Shown: in pieces, positions 17,123 through 27,090 of the stretch
How the letters are laid out: every line of letters begins with the position of its first letter
Position numbering within the stretch: position 1 is the first letter of the stretch
Assembly: GCA_963770835.1 (NCBI GenBank)
Contig: CAVYRH010000004.1
Location: 416,001-480,000 of the forward strand
Length of the DNA: 64,000 nucleotides
Source: an uncultured Pseudomonadota bacterium
GTDB taxonomy: Bacteria > Oederibacteriota > Muellerivitia > Muellerivitales > Muellerivitaceae
Reading direction: 5' to 3'
Position numbers and translations under genes: made by a program
Notes under the pieces: model-generated
Database searches by the model: none
The model's input: only the letters and a program-made list of their open reading frames with translations
What the model was told of the DNA's origin: nothing

Positions 17123-18226
17123 ATGGCCGTTTCAGCCCAATCCATCGAAAAAGACCTGGCCGACCTCTGGAAATCCGGGCCCGACGACAAGAGCCAGGAA
17201 CTGGGGCTTCAAAGAGTCTATACGACCAACCTGGTGGCCTATGCCTCCGGCCATGACGAAGGTTACCGGGTGGAGCAGATCCTGAACGACCTGGCGGAAA
17301 AGCACCCCGGCCGCTACATCCTGGTGCGGCCCGCCGCCGACACCACCGAACCGGCCCTGCGTTCCTATATTTCCGGCCACTGCCTTTTCGGGGCGGGGCG
17401 GGAAAAAAGGGTCTGCTGCGACCTCATCAAGCTGGTGGCCCAGCCCGAGATCATCGAAAATCTCTACGGATTCACCTTCTCGCTACTCATGCCCGACCTG
17501 CCGGTGGAGTTTTGGTGGCCCGGCGACCTGCCCTACGAAAACGCCTTCTTCGAAAAAATGGCCCAAGAGTCCAACCGGGTCTGGGTGGATTCCTCCAAGT
17601 TCAAAAAGCCCGTCCAATCCATCGCCCGGCTCGCCGCCTTTTGGCACAGCCGCTACCCCCACACCTTCCTGGGCGACCTGAACTGGATCCGTATCCAGAG
17701 GTGGCGGTCCCTGATCGCCGAACTTTTTGACGGGGAATGGGCCAAGGCCCTCAAGGGCATCCGCCAGGTCACCATCGAGTACGGGGAAGGCACCCAGCCC
17801 ACCCGGAGCTTTTTCCTGGCCTGCTGGCTGGCCGTCCAACTGGATTGGAAATACCTCGGGCCCCGGCTTTCGGAGTTTTCCGACCGGCTCACTTTTGAGG
17901 CTCCCCAGGGGAAAGTTGAAATCTACTTAAAACCCGTCCCTGTCCCGGAAACAAAATGGGACCGGATCTTCGCCGTGGGGATATCCACCCAGGGGGAGCA
18001 GGAAGGGATTTTCACCGTGGTCCGGGACCAGGACCCCTACTGTGTTATCGCCCGATCGGAAATCATGCACAAAGTGGCCTTTTCCCGGACGGTTTCCTTC
18101 GACCACCTTCATTCCAACGAACTCCTGAACCTGGGTTTGAAGCACTTGGAAGAGGACCCGCTTTGGAAGAAAACCCTCCTCATGGCCGGGTCGGTCCTGG
18201 TCAAACCTAAATTGACGCTGGATTAA
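17123..18226 (+). CDS. opcA: G6PDH assembly/allosteric protein OpcA
   Basis: HPGRYILV, VCCDLI, LLMPDLPVEFWWPG, RVWVDS, DLNWIRIQRWRSLIA; lies between zwf and pgl. Confidence 0.88.
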   Translation: MAVSAQSIEKDLADLWKSGPDDKSQELGLQRVYTTNLVAYASGHDEGYRVEQILNDLAEKHPGRYILVRPAADTTEPALRSYISGHCLFGAGREKRVCCDLIKLVAQPEIIENLYGFTFSLLMPDLPVEFWWPGDLPYENAFFEKMAQESNRVWVDSSKFKKPVQSIARLAAFWHSRYPHTFLGDLNWIRIQRWRSLIAELFDGEWAKALKGIRQVTIEYGEGTQPTRSFFLACWLAVQLDWKYLGPRLSEFSDRLTFEAPQGKVEIYLKPVPVPETKWDRIFAVGISTQGEQEGIFTVVRDQDPYCVIARSEIMHKVAFSRTVSFDHLHSNELLNLGLKHLEEDPLWKKTLLMAGSVLVKPKLTLD

Positions 18227-18325
18227 CAGGTTTTCTTTTCTCTCCGCTTGGATTCGACCCAAAGGGGCGCGTAGAATTATCGGGTGGCGGTTGAAGCCGC
18301 TTCCCGCTCGTAGTTGGAGGAAAAA

Positions 18326-19195
18326 ATGGCTCCCAAGAAGAAAGTTTTAGCCCGTCCCAAGGCGGCCAAAGCCAAACCTAGCGCCAAGAAAAATAAAACT
18401 GCCCACAAGGCCAAGCCCTCCAAAACCCTGAAAGCCGGCAAACCTAAGGTTTTACTCTTTCAGCCGGAAATCCGGATCTATCCCACGCCGGAAACCTTGA
18501 TTCAAGAGTCCGCCCACCAAGTCATGCAGATCGCCCGGGAAGCCGCCGACGCCCGGGGGCGCTTCGTGGTGGCCCTTTCGGGCGGTTCCACGCCCAAGGG
18601 TTTGTTCCAACAATTGACCGAAGACCCTTACCGGACCCTCATCCCCTGGGTCAAGACCCATCTTTTCTGGGTGGATGAGCGCCACGTGCCTTTGGACCAT
18701 CAAACCAGCAATTACCGTATGGCGCAGGAATTCCTCCTGTCGAAAGTGCCGATTCCCAAAGAGAACGTGGTTCCCGCCACCAATGGCTCCCTGCCGGTGG
18801 ACAGGGCGGCCTGGGCTTATGAAATAAAGATGAAGAAGTTTTTCGGGGATGGCCCGGTGCCGCGTTTCGACCTTTGCCTGCTGGGAATGGGCGACGACGG
18901 CCATACGGCCAGCCTTTTTCCCGGCGTGCCGCAGGTGAACGAACTGGACAAATGGGTGGTGGGCTATTTCGTGGATGAAGCCCGCAAGGAACGGGTGTCC
19001 CTGACCTTCCCCGTCCTGAACGCCGCCCGCTTTCTCATGGTCTTGGTGGAAGGCGAGAAAAAAGCCGCCATGGTGAAGAATGCATTGGGAGGCCCCTCCG
19101 ATCCGCCCCGCTATCCGATCCAATACCTGCGCCCCACCGAGGGGAAGCTGGTCTTTGAGCTGGACCAGGCCGCGGCCGCTTTGTTAAAAAAATAA
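18326..19195 (+). CDS. pgl: 6-phosphogluconolactonase with Lys-rich N-terminal extension
   Basis: ALSGGSTP, DERHVP, SNY, LLGMGDDGHTASLFP, RVSLT. Confidence 0.93.
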   Translation: MAPKKKVLARPKAAKAKPSAKKNKTAHKAKPSKTLKAGKPKVLLFQPEIRIYPTPETLIQESAHQVMQIAREAADARGRFVVALSGGSTPKGLFQQLTEDPYRTLIPWVKTHLFWVDERHVPLDHQTSNYRMAQEFLLSKVPIPKENVVPATNGSLPVDRAAWAYEIKMKKFFGDGPVPRFDLCLLGMGDDGHTASLFPGVPQVNELDKWVVGYFVDEARKERVSLTFPVLNAARFLMVLVEGEKKAAMVKNALGGPSDPPRYPIQYLRPTEGKLVFELDQAAAALLKK

Positions 19196-19253
19196 TTTTA
19201 CTGTCGTTTCGATTTGGCCAATATTTTCAAAAACAAACTAGTGACAAAGTGAG

Positions 19254-19285
19254 GGAAAAGCCCTGGCTTGCGCCAAGGCTTTTCC
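19254..19285. terminator. Hairpin between convergent genes (likely terminator)
   Basis: GGAAAAGCC...GGCTTTTCC stem. Confidence 0.55.
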
Positions 19286-19304
19286 GAGACGTAAACCGGC
19301 CGCA

Positions 19305-19727
19305 TCAATCGCCGTCTTTGTCCCCGGCCTTCTTCATGCCGCCTTCGGATTTAGAGGTGTTCTCCGCGTCGGCCAATTGAAAATACAGGATGCCTTTGGT
19401 CTTGATAACGGTGCCGGTTAATTCGACCGTTTGGCCCGCCTTGTCCTTAATGGCGTCCCGCCCGGAAGAAAAGTCGGAATTAATGACGGAATAAAGGTTG
19501 CCCTTGGAATCCATCAGCCCAAGGTCCGTTCCATTCATGGCGCATTTCATGGCGCAGGCGGCATGCCCGGCCCCATGGCCTCCATCCTTGCCCATGGCCG
19601 CGTTATGCGCCATGCACTTCAGGCAGACGACTTCATATTTTTGAGTGACCGTTTTGTCCCCGGCATGGGCCAATCCAGCCCAAGCCAGGCAACCTACCAA
19701 AAGTACCGCGATTTTAAGTCCCCGCAT
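19305..19727 (-). CDS. Exported Cys/His-containing hypothetical protein
   Basis: Signal peptide (AHA); CLKC...HAACAMKC motif. Confidence 0.7.
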   Translation of the reverse strand: MRGLKIAVLLVGCLAWAGLAHAGDKTVTQKYEVVCLKCMAHNAAMGKDGGHGAGHAACAMKCAMNGTDLGLMDSKGNLYSVINSDFSSGRDAIKDKAGQTVELTGTVIKTKGILYFQLADAENTSKSEGGMKKAGDKDGD

Positions 19728-19949
19728 TTCACAACCTCCTTGTGGAATTCGCCAAAAAGCTCAACCGGCGATTTCCTTAAGTTACGGTTCCAGCGAATGC
19801 GGGGTTACAGGTTTGAATTATTTGTGAAAGAAGTAACACTCACAGCTCTTTCATGGCAGTTCTAGAAAATCAACGGAGTTCCTAGAGCAGGGCCCAGGAT
19901 CGGGATCCATAAAAACGGACTTAACTAGAAGCCCTTTCCCACGCGGCGC

Positions 19950-20450
19950 CTAGGGATAAACCCGGATCCCCACGTTTCCATAAAGATCAAAAGTGGATGT
20001 GTTGGAGATGAACCAAAGGGTCGGCACCACCTGGGCATAGATGTCCAGGGGCGTGCGATGGCCGAAGATATAGTCGAGGCCGATCGGCACCCGGGCACCG
20101 ACGGCGGCGGGATCGGTCAGGCTCAAATCCCCTCCCACGCCGATGTAAAAGGGAAGCGCCCCCGACGCGACATGGAATAGATGGTAATTGTGCCAGAGGT
20201 AGTCCAATTGGAGGATAGTTTGCCCGCCGTTATCGAACTTCACATCGGGTTGGAGCGAATCCACGTAGTTCAACCATAAATTGCCGACAACGCCCCAATT
20301 GCCCGGATAACCGAACTCCACACCCAGCCCAAAGGGACCGCCGCCCCGGACAGGGTCTTCGGAGGATTGGTACCGGGCTTGGGCGGGAGAAAAACCGGCC
20401 GCCCAAAGCAAAACCGTCAAAAGCAAAAGTCTTTTTTTTAAACCTTTCAT
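19950..20450 (-). CDS. Small outer-membrane beta-barrel protein
   Basis: Signal peptide; FGLGVEFG, DYLWH, FYIGVGG, GARVPIGLDY, GIRVY. Confidence 0.75.
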   Translation of the reverse strand: MKGLKKRLLLLTVLLWAAGFSPAQARYQSSEDPVRGGGPFGLGVEFGYPGNWGVVGNLWLNYVDSLQPDVKFDNGGQTILQLDYLWHNYHLFHVASGALPFYIGVGGDLSLTDPAAVGARVPIGLDYIFGHRTPLDIYAQVVPTLWFISNTSTFDLYGNVGIRVYP

Positions 20451-20471
20451 GTCCTGCTCCTTTCGAATTTA

Positions 20472-21716
20472 CTAGAACCGGCTGATGTCTCGGCCAAAAA
20501 AGCCGGTCTTGAGCCAGTCAAACAACACCAAAATTTTGTTCTTCCAGCTCATCAGCCGGGTGAAATAAGCCGAACGCCAGAGGAAATAGGTGCCCCGGCC
20601 TTTTCCCTTGATGGCGTTCAAATCCGCGATAGCCGCGTCTTCCCCGATATAGGCCAGCATCCCATGGTGGTTGTACTTGAAGGGCTCCGCGGGTTTACCG
20701 TCCGCCAGCCGGTTCAGGGCCTTGGCCAGGTAATTTCCTTCCTGCATGGCTACCTGGGCCGTGGCGGGGTAGTTTTTTCCTACCACGCAGGCGCAGTCGC
20801 CCATGGCGTAAATATTGTCCTGCTCCTGGACCTTCAGGGTCTGGTCCACCAAAAGGCGGGAGGCCTTGTCCTTGGGCAGGTTGAACTGGCTCACCGCGAT
20901 GGTGGGGCCCAGCCCGGTGGACCAGACCACCATGCCGAAGTGGACTTCCGAACCGTCGTTCAGGATGGCCCGGTCCTTTTCCAGTTTTACCGTGCGGATA
21001 CCGGTGCGCACCTGGATGTTTTGGCGCTGGAAATGTTTTGTCGTGTAATCGCTCAGGCTTTTGTCGAAAGCGCCCAGGATGTGGTCGGCGGCATCCACCA
21101 GTGTGATGCTTACGTCCTCCATCAAGTGCGGGTAGCAGGCGCGGACTTCCTTCATGACGAAATCGTGCAGTTCGGCGGCGAATTCCACGCCCGTGGGTCC
21201 CCCGCCCACGACGGCGAAATGCAAAAGCTGGCGGCGCCTTTCCTGCGGGAGGCCGGGTTCGGAAGCCTGCTCGAAACACTCAATGGTCCGGCGGCGGATC
21301 TTGCGGGCATCCTCGGCGGTCTTGAGGAAGAGAGCGTTTTCGGTGACACCGGGGATGCCGAAGGTGTTCACCTTGGCCCCCACGGCGATGATCAAGATGT
21401 CATAGGCCACGTCGAAGGTTTCCTGGCCCAGGGTGGAGACGAAGCGCACCCATTTATTGGCGGTGTCCAATTCCCGGGCCGAGCCCTGGAAAAACCGCAC
21501 CCCCTTGCAGGCCCTGCGGATGGGCTCGATGATGCTGCGGAATTCCACCGTGCCCACAGTGGAACTTGGCAAGAGCGGCGTGAATAAGAAATGGTTGCGG
21601 GAACTGATGACCGTGAGGTCGTAAAGCCGTTGGTCGAGTTTCTTAAGCAGGCTGAAGCCCGCGAAGCCGGTGCCTAAAATCACCAGCTTGGGTTTGTCCC
21701 GGCGGGCGGATTCCAT
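20472..21716 (-). CDS. ndh: Type II NADH dehydrogenase
   Basis: GTGFAG, FLFTPLL, VGGGPTGVEFAAE, GDCA..ATAQVAMQEG, WRSAY. Confidence 0.9.
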   Translation of the reverse strand: MESARRDKPKLVILGTGFAGFSLLKKLDQRLYDLTVISSRNHFLFTPLLPSSTVGTVEFRSIIEPIRRACKGVRFFQGSARELDTANKWVRFVSTLGQETFDVAYDILIIAVGAKVNTFGIPGVTENALFLKTAEDARKIRRRTIECFEQASEPGLPQERRRQLLHFAVVGGGPTGVEFAAELHDFVMKEVRACYPHLMEDVSITLVDAADHILGAFDKSLSDYTTKHFQRQNIQVRTGIRTVKLEKDRAILNDGSEVHFGMVVWSTGLGPTIAVSQFNLPKDKASRLLVDQTLKVQEQDNIYAMGDCACVVGKNYPATAQVAMQEGNYLAKALNRLADGKPAEPFKYNHHGMLAYIGEDAAIADLNAIKGKGRGTYFLWRSAYFTRLMSWKNKILVLFDWLKTGFFGRDISRF

Positions 21717-23720
21717 TTACCCCGCCAGGCTTTCCTTCGCCGCTTTGACCACATTTTCCACCGTGAAACCCAAATTCTTCATCGCAACGCCGCCGGGGGC
21801 GCTGGCGCCGAAATGTTCCAGGGTGACGAACTTCCCCTGATCGCCCGCCCAGCGGTGCCAGCCGAAGGAAGTGGCGGCTTCCACCACCACCCGGGCCTTC
21901 ACGGAAGGTGGAAGAACCTCATCCCGGTAGGCGGCGGATTGGGCGGCAAAAAGCTCCAGCGAGGGGGCGCTGACCACGCGGGCCAGGACACCCTCTTTCT
22001 CCAATAGTTCCTGGGCCTTCACGCAAAGCTGCAATTCCGAGCCGGTGCCGATGAGGATCACCTGGGGCTTCCCGCCCTTGGCTTCCGAAAGGGTATAGGC
22101 GCCCTTCAAGACCCCCGAGGCGGGGGCGAACTTGGAACGGTCGAAGGTCGGCACGGCCTGACGGGAAAAGACCAGGGCCGTGGGCGCGTTCTTGCGCTGG
22201 AGGGCCACCAGCCAGGCATAAGGAACTTCGCCCGAATCCCCCGGGCGGATCACGCAGCCGTTGGGGGTGGCACGCATGGCCGCCAAGGTTTCCACGGGCT
22301 GGTGGGTAGGGCCGTCCTCGCCCTGGCCGATGGAATCGTGCGTGTAGACGAAAATGGATTGCACTCCCATCAGGTGGGCCAGGCGGTAGGCGGGCTTCAT
22401 GTAGTCGTTGAACATCAGGAAGGTGCCGCCGAAGGCGATGACGCCCCCGTGCAGGGCCATGCCGTTCAGGGCCGCGGCCATTCCGTGCTCGCGGATGCCG
22501 AAGTGAAAGATTCGTCCCAGGTGGTTGTCGGCCTCAAAATCCCCACCCTTGTCGATCAAGGTGTCGTTGGAGCCGGCCAGGTCCGCCGAGCCGCCGTAAA
22601 AGAAGGGAACTTCCTTGGCGATGACGTTGAGGGTCTTTCCAGAGGACTGGCGGGTGGCCATGCCCTTCTCATCGGCGGGGAAGACCGGCAGCTTGCTTTC
22701 CAAATCCGCCGGGAGTTCCTTGGCCAGGGCCTGCTGGAACTGCTTGTACTTGTCCGGGTTGGCCTTGGCATAGGCATCCCGGTTGGAATTCCATTCAGCC
22801 TCGGCTTTCTTTCCCTTTTCTACCGATTCCATACAGCGTTTCTTGGCCTCTTCGGGAACATAGAAAGTAGGTTCCTGGGGCCAATGAAAGAATTCCTTAG
22901 TCTTCACTATCATTTCAGGAGGGATGGCACTGCCATGTACCTTGGCGTTGTCCTGAAGTGGGCTTCCGTAACCGATGTGGGACCGCACCGCGATGATGGA
23001 AGGGCGCTTCGTCTCAGCCGCCGCTTCCGCCATGGCCTTGTCGAGCTCATCAAGGTCGTTGGCGTCGGTAACCCGCAAGGTATGCCACCCATAAGCCTCA
23101 TAGCGTTTCAGGACGTCCTCGGAAAAGGCCAGGTTTGTGTCGCCCTCGATGGAAATATGGTTGTCGTCGTAGATCACTTTGAGGTTGGCCAGCTTCAAGT
23201 GGCCGGCTAGGGAGGAGGCCTCGTGGGAGACGCCTTCCTGCAGGTCGCCGTCGGAGGCGATGACCCAGGTTTTGTGGTTCACCAGTTCATCCCCGAACCG
23301 GGCGGCCATGATCCTTTCCCCCATGGCGAAGCCCACGGAAGTGGCGATGCCCTGGCCCAGGGGACCGGTGGTGGTCTCCACCCCCTCGGTGTGGCCGTAT
23401 TCGGGATGGCCGGGGGTCTTGCTGCCCCATTGGCGGAAATTCTTGATCTCCTTCAGGGGCAGGTTGTAGCCGTGCAGGTGGAGAAGGGAGTAGATGAGCA
23501 TGGAACCATGGCCGGCGGACAAGATAAAACGGTCCCGGTCCACCCAATGGGGGTTGGAGGGCGAATGCTTCAGGTGCCGGCTCCAAAGCACGTGGGCGGC
23601 GGGGGCCATGCCCATGGGCATGCCCGGGTGGCCGGAATTGGCCTTCGCGGTGGCGTCCACCGCCAGCATCCGGATGGTGTTGATGGCCAGTTGGTCGGTT
23701 TGATCAAAGGCTTTGGACAT
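21717..23720 (-). CDS. tkt: Transketolase
   Basis: [50 protein letters not shown]. Confidence 0.97.
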   Translation of the reverse strand: MSKAFDQTDQLAINTIRMLAVDATAKANSGHPGMPMGMAPAAHVLWSRHLKHSPSNPHWVDRDRFILSAGHGSMLIYSLLHLHGYNLPLKEIKNFRQWGSKTPGHPEYGHTEGVETTTGPLGQGIATSVGFAMGERIMAARFGDELVNHKTWVIASDGDLQEGVSHEASSLAGHLKLANLKVIYDDNHISIEGDTNLAFSEDVLKRYEAYGWHTLRVTDANDLDELDKAMAEAAAETKRPSIIAVRSHIGYGSPLQDNAKVHGSAIPPEMIVKTKEFFHWPQEPTFYVPEEAKKRCMESVEKGKKAEAEWNSNRDAYAKANPDKYKQFQQALAKELPADLESKLPVFPADEKGMATRQSSGKTLNVIAKEVPFFYGGSADLAGSNDTLIDKGGDFEADNHLGRIFHFGIREHGMAAALNGMALHGGVIAFGGTFLMFNDYMKPAYRLAHLMGVQSIFVYTHDSIGQGEDGPTHQPVETLAAMRATPNGCVIRPGDSGEVPYAWLVALQRKNAPTALVFSRQAVPTFDRSKFAPASGVLKGAYTLSEAKGGKPQVILIGTGSELQLCVKAQELLEKEGVLARVVSAPSLELFAAQSAAYRDEVLPPSVKARVVVEAATSFGWHRWAGDQGKFVTLEHFGASAPGGVAMKNLGFTVENVVKAAKESLAG

Positions 23721-23857
23721 GGGTTCAATCTCCTTAATGAAAATTGGAAAGGCAGGTTGAGGCAAAGACCGGTGCGGCAAGAGTTCCATATCTTATGAGT
23801 AAGCCCTGATGAAAAAAAGACCTTTGGGGAGGGATATTTGGATTTTTTAACGGAACG

Positions 23858-25396
23858 TTAAAAGGAAACCTGGGTGGCCGCGTAGTAATTGTTGGAGTGC
23901 TGGGAATAGAGGGAATAGCTGGACTGGATTTCCTGGAACTGGTCCCCCAGGACGAAACTCCAGTGGGGAAGGAAGGGAATGCCCATTTCCAGGGTGGCGT
24001 TTTGGAGCCAGTCCGACCGGGGGTTGCCGCTGGCGTCGTAAAAGAAAGGATAGGCCTGCCATTGGGGCGTGTAATTCACCGAGGTGTTCCAGCCCCCTCC
24101 CCATTCCAGGTGGTAGGTCAGGGAAAGGCTGTGAAGGTAGTAACTGTAAAAATCATAAGCAGAGGAATCGGCTAAGCATTGGCGGAAGGAATAGGACAAG
24201 CTCAGGAAATGCGAGGAACCCAGGATGAAGGAGGAAGAGACGGAGCCGATCCAGCTGTTCGTGCCCACTGGCGAGGACAGGAAGAAAACCTCCCGGAGGA
24301 ACTGGGCCTGAACCTGGATCGAGTTGATGCTTTGGAACAGCCATTGGAAGCCGAGGGACCCCTGGTGGTGCTGGTAGTAAACGGCCCCGGAGGAGTTCAA
24401 GCCCAACTGCTCGTCGTAGGAAAAGGGAACCTGCCAATTGGACGGCAGGTGGAGCAGGGACCCCGCCGAGAAGTCGTGGAAACTGTAAATGCTGGTGTTC
24501 TGGCCCGGCGCCTCGTTCAACATCCCGTCCAGGGCGTAGGAAAAATTGGCGATGGTTTTTCCGATCATGGGGGAATAGCCCAGTTGGAGGTGGCCGTATT
24601 GGTTGACGCCGCTGGTGACGGCGGGGGGGGAGCCGGGATAAACCGGGAAGTTTTCCATGGTGGTTTGGCTGCCCCCGCCCTGCAGCCGCATGGAAAAATG
24701 GAAGGGGGAAGAGGAATCGCCCGACTTGAGGGAGGAAAGACGCATCATAGCTTCCATGTTGTAAAGCCCCGCGCTGGGGGACTGGGCCACGTTCAAAAAA
24801 TAATCCTGGGCCTGGAGCGCCCCGCCCTCCTTCTCATAAAGGACCCCCAGGGCGTATTCGGCCCGGAGGTCGTCGGGCTTGAGCTTGAGGCACTCCTTCA
24901 ATTCGGTCTCGGCCCTGCCCCAATCGTCCAGCTTCAGGTAGGTCAGGCCCAGGTTGAAATGAAGCTCCTCTGAGGAAGGGTTGAGGGCTCCGGCTTTGGC
25001 GAACATCTCCTTGGCTTTGTCATACTTGTGCATCCGGTAGAACATCACGCCCTGCTTGAGGAACAACAGGAACTGCAGGTCCTGGATCTCCTGCTGGTCC
25101 AGCTTATCCTTGACCCTTTTGAGGAGGTCCTGGGCTAGAAGCAGGCCCGGCTTGAGGCGCAAGGCCTTTTTGGCGTTGGATTCGGCGGAAGGGAGTTTCC
25201 CCAGCAGGTACTCGCAAAGGGCGGCTCCGTAGAAACCCGCCGGGTTTTCGGGATCCTGGTCGCAGGCCCGGAGGTAAAGGGCCTCGGCTTCCTGGTACCG
25301 GCCGTTGAAATAAGCGGTGTTGCCCTGCAGGACCGGCGAGGGGAGGGAGGCGGAAGCGGAAAAGAAGGGCAAAAAAAAGATAAAAAAAATCGCCAT
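23858..25396 (-). CDS. TPR protein with C-terminal outer-membrane beta-barrel (Slam-like architecture)
   Basis: Signal peptide, multiple TPR motifs, then aromatic-rich amphipathic strands ending YYAATQVSF. Confidence 0.72.
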   Translation of the reverse strand: MAIFFIFFLPFFSASASLPSPVLQGNTAYFNGRYQEAEALYLRACDQDPENPAGFYGAALCEYLLGKLPSAESNAKKALRLKPGLLLAQDLLKRVKDKLDQQEIQDLQFLLFLKQGVMFYRMHKYDKAKEMFAKAGALNPSSEELHFNLGLTYLKLDDWGRAETELKECLKLKPDDLRAEYALGVLYEKEGGALQAQDYFLNVAQSPSAGLYNMEAMMRLSSLKSGDSSSPFHFSMRLQGGGSQTTMENFPVYPGSPPAVTSGVNQYGHLQLGYSPMIGKTIANFSYALDGMLNEAPGQNTSIYSFHDFSAGSLLHLPSNWQVPFSYDEQLGLNSSGAVYYQHHQGSLGFQWLFQSINSIQVQAQFLREVFFLSSPVGTNSWIGSVSSSFILGSSHFLSLSYSFRQCLADSSAYDFYSYYLHSLSLTYHLEWGGGWNTSVNYTPQWQAYPFFYDASGNPRSDWLQNATLEMGIPFLPHWSFVLGDQFQEIQSSYSLYSQHSNNYYAATQVSF

Positions 25397-25558
25397 CCAC
25401 CTTCCGATGACCTTGAGAAGGGGATGAGTTCCCGAAGAATGGCTCCGTCCGCGTTGAACTCCCAAGCCCACCGTCCTTTAAGCCGGAATCTTGGCCGCCG
25501 CTTAAGTTCCCGGTGCGGTCCAGCCTACCACCTGTTAATGTTTTTAGCCCAAAGCGCA

Positions 25559-25599
25559 AAAAACCAAAGGCTTTCCGAAGAGAGGAAAGCCTTTGGCAA
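25559..25599 (-). terminator. Rho-independent terminator downstream of the repeat-protein gene
   Basis: 13-bp stem CCAAAGGCTTTCC/GGAAAGCCTTTGG followed by a T-run on the minus strand. Confidence 0.7.
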
Positions 25600-25657
25600 A
25601 GCTTTTTGCGCTGATTTTTAGGCGGTGAAAAGCACCGCCCTCATTCTTCAGCCCGGC

Positions 25658-26236
25658 TTAGTCGCCGTCGATGTCCGCCACTCCTAGGACCGAGTCAAAC
25701 ATATTCTCGATCTGTTCATGCACCGAAACGCCGGTCGTAGTGGCCACAGCCTGCAAGGTGGGCAGAATGGTCGGGATGCTCTGCTCTAAGGCCTGCAAGG
25801 TGGGCTGCACCGTCGGCAACTCGGTGGCGATGGCGTGCTGCTCGGCGATCTCCGTGGCTACCATGGTTTCCCGCGCCTCGACTGTCGGGGCAATGGTAGC
25901 CTGGAAATTGGCCACAGCCGTCTCACGCGCTTGCACTGTCGGGGCAATTGTCGCCTGGAAATTGGCGACGGCCGTTTCCCTGGCCTGAATGGTCGGGGCA
26001 ACGGTAGCCTGGAAATTGGCCACAGCCGTCTCACGGGCCGCTACGATCGTGGGTTGCGCGGTTTGAAAGGCCGCCACAGCCGTCTGGCGCGCTGAAACCT
26101 GGGTCGGATTTGGCGTAAAATTAGGCATGGGCCCCCAGCCGTGGCCATAGGCGTTCTTTTGTGAGAACACCATTCCCAGCATCAGGGTCACCAACCCCAA
26201 GAATACAAGGCTAAAAAATCTCAGAAGCTTTTTCAC
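25658..26236 (-). CDS. Secreted protein with ~18-aa tandem repeats (ARETAVANFQATxAPT)
   Basis: GTG start after a GAGGAGG SD; signal peptide; 4-5 near-identical 54-bp repeats. Confidence 0.8.
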   Translation of the reverse strand: MKKLLRFFSLVFLGLVTLMLGMVFSQKNAYGHGWGPMPNFTPNPTQVSARQTAVAAFQTAQPTIVAARETAVANFQATVAPTIQARETAVANFQATIAPTVQARETAVANFQATIAPTVEARETMVATEIAEQHAIATELPTVQPTLQALEQSIPTILPTLQAVATTTGVSVHEQIENMFDSVLGVADIDGD

Positions 26237-26298
26237 AGTTTCCTCCTCGTCCTTCATCAAAGTTAAAAGCCTTGCGGGCTTTTACGCCTTAAGGAATG

Positions 26299-26313
26299 GC
26301 AAGGGATGTGCCA
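26299..26313 (-). promoter_or_regulatory. Sigma54 (-24/-12) promoter
   Basis: TGGCAC-ATCCC-TTGC on the minus strand, about 60 bp upstream of the repeat-protein start. Confidence 0.8.
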
Positions 26314-26418
26314 GGAAAGCGCGAGCAAGGACCTTGCTTTAACGTTCTAGAGTTTTCCACTTTGTCCTAAATTTCAAACAGCATGCCGAAAATTAGGCCA
26401 CCCCCCGCCTGATCAGGC

Positions 26419-27090
26419 TTATTTCCGAATTTGTTTTTTCAGGGCCAAGAGCTTCGTGCGCGTCTCCTTGTCGGGATCATCGCTGAGGGCGGTATTGATT
26501 TCCTGCAAGGCCTGGGAAGGTTGCCTCAAATCGTGGAAGGCCAAATAAGCCAAGGCATAGTGCGCTTTGGGGGAGGATGGGTCCAATTCCACGGCCTGCC
26601 CGAGCTCCTTTTGCGCGTCGGTAATGCTCTTTTTCTTGTAATGAATCAGGCCTAGGTAGTAGTGCACCATGGCGATCTTGGGGTCCAATGTGTTGGAGTT
26701 TTCCATCTCCGAAAGGGCCTGGTCATAGCGTTTTTGGTCAAAAGCCACCCGGCCCAGGTAGTAGTGGTCGATGGGCATGTCCGGGTCGTGGAAGTTAACC
26801 CATTCGAAGTAACCTTCGGCTTCCGGAAGATGGCGGGTGTAATACTCGATTTCCCCCAGGCAAAAATGAGCCTTCAAGTTTTCCGGATCGTTTTTTAAAA
26901 CCTTCTTGAAACCGCTTTTGGCCTTTTCCCAATGCATGGCTTTCAGGTCGTCGGTGGCGGTGAGGAAAACCTGCTCTTGGTTTTTTTGGGGAGGGGCATC
27001 GGCCCGAACCGCGTGGGTCATTCCCACGACCAAAACCAGAAGCAAGGTTTTGCGGAAATCAAAACGGAATACGGGTTTAATTGATGTCAC
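26419..27090 (-). CDS. Exported TPR protein
   Basis: Signal-like segment then about 5 TPR repeats. GTG start overlaps the end of the regulator gene. Confidence 0.8.
   Translation of the reverse strand: MTSIKPVFRFDFRKTLLLVLVVGMTHAVRADAPPQKNQEQVFLTATDDLKAMHWEKAKSGFKKVLKNDPENLKAHFCLGEIEYYTRHLPEAEGYFEWVNFHDPDMPIDHYYLGRVAFDQKRYDQALSEMENSNTLDPKIAMVHYYLGLIHYKKKSITDAQKELGQAVELDPSSPKAHYALAYLAFHDLRQPSQALQEINTALSDDPDKETRTKLLALKKQIRK

Noticed and set aside
15470..19195. opcA outside cyanobacteria/actinobacteria as a novelty
   Set aside because: zwf-opcA-pgl is a known arrangement in several phyla.
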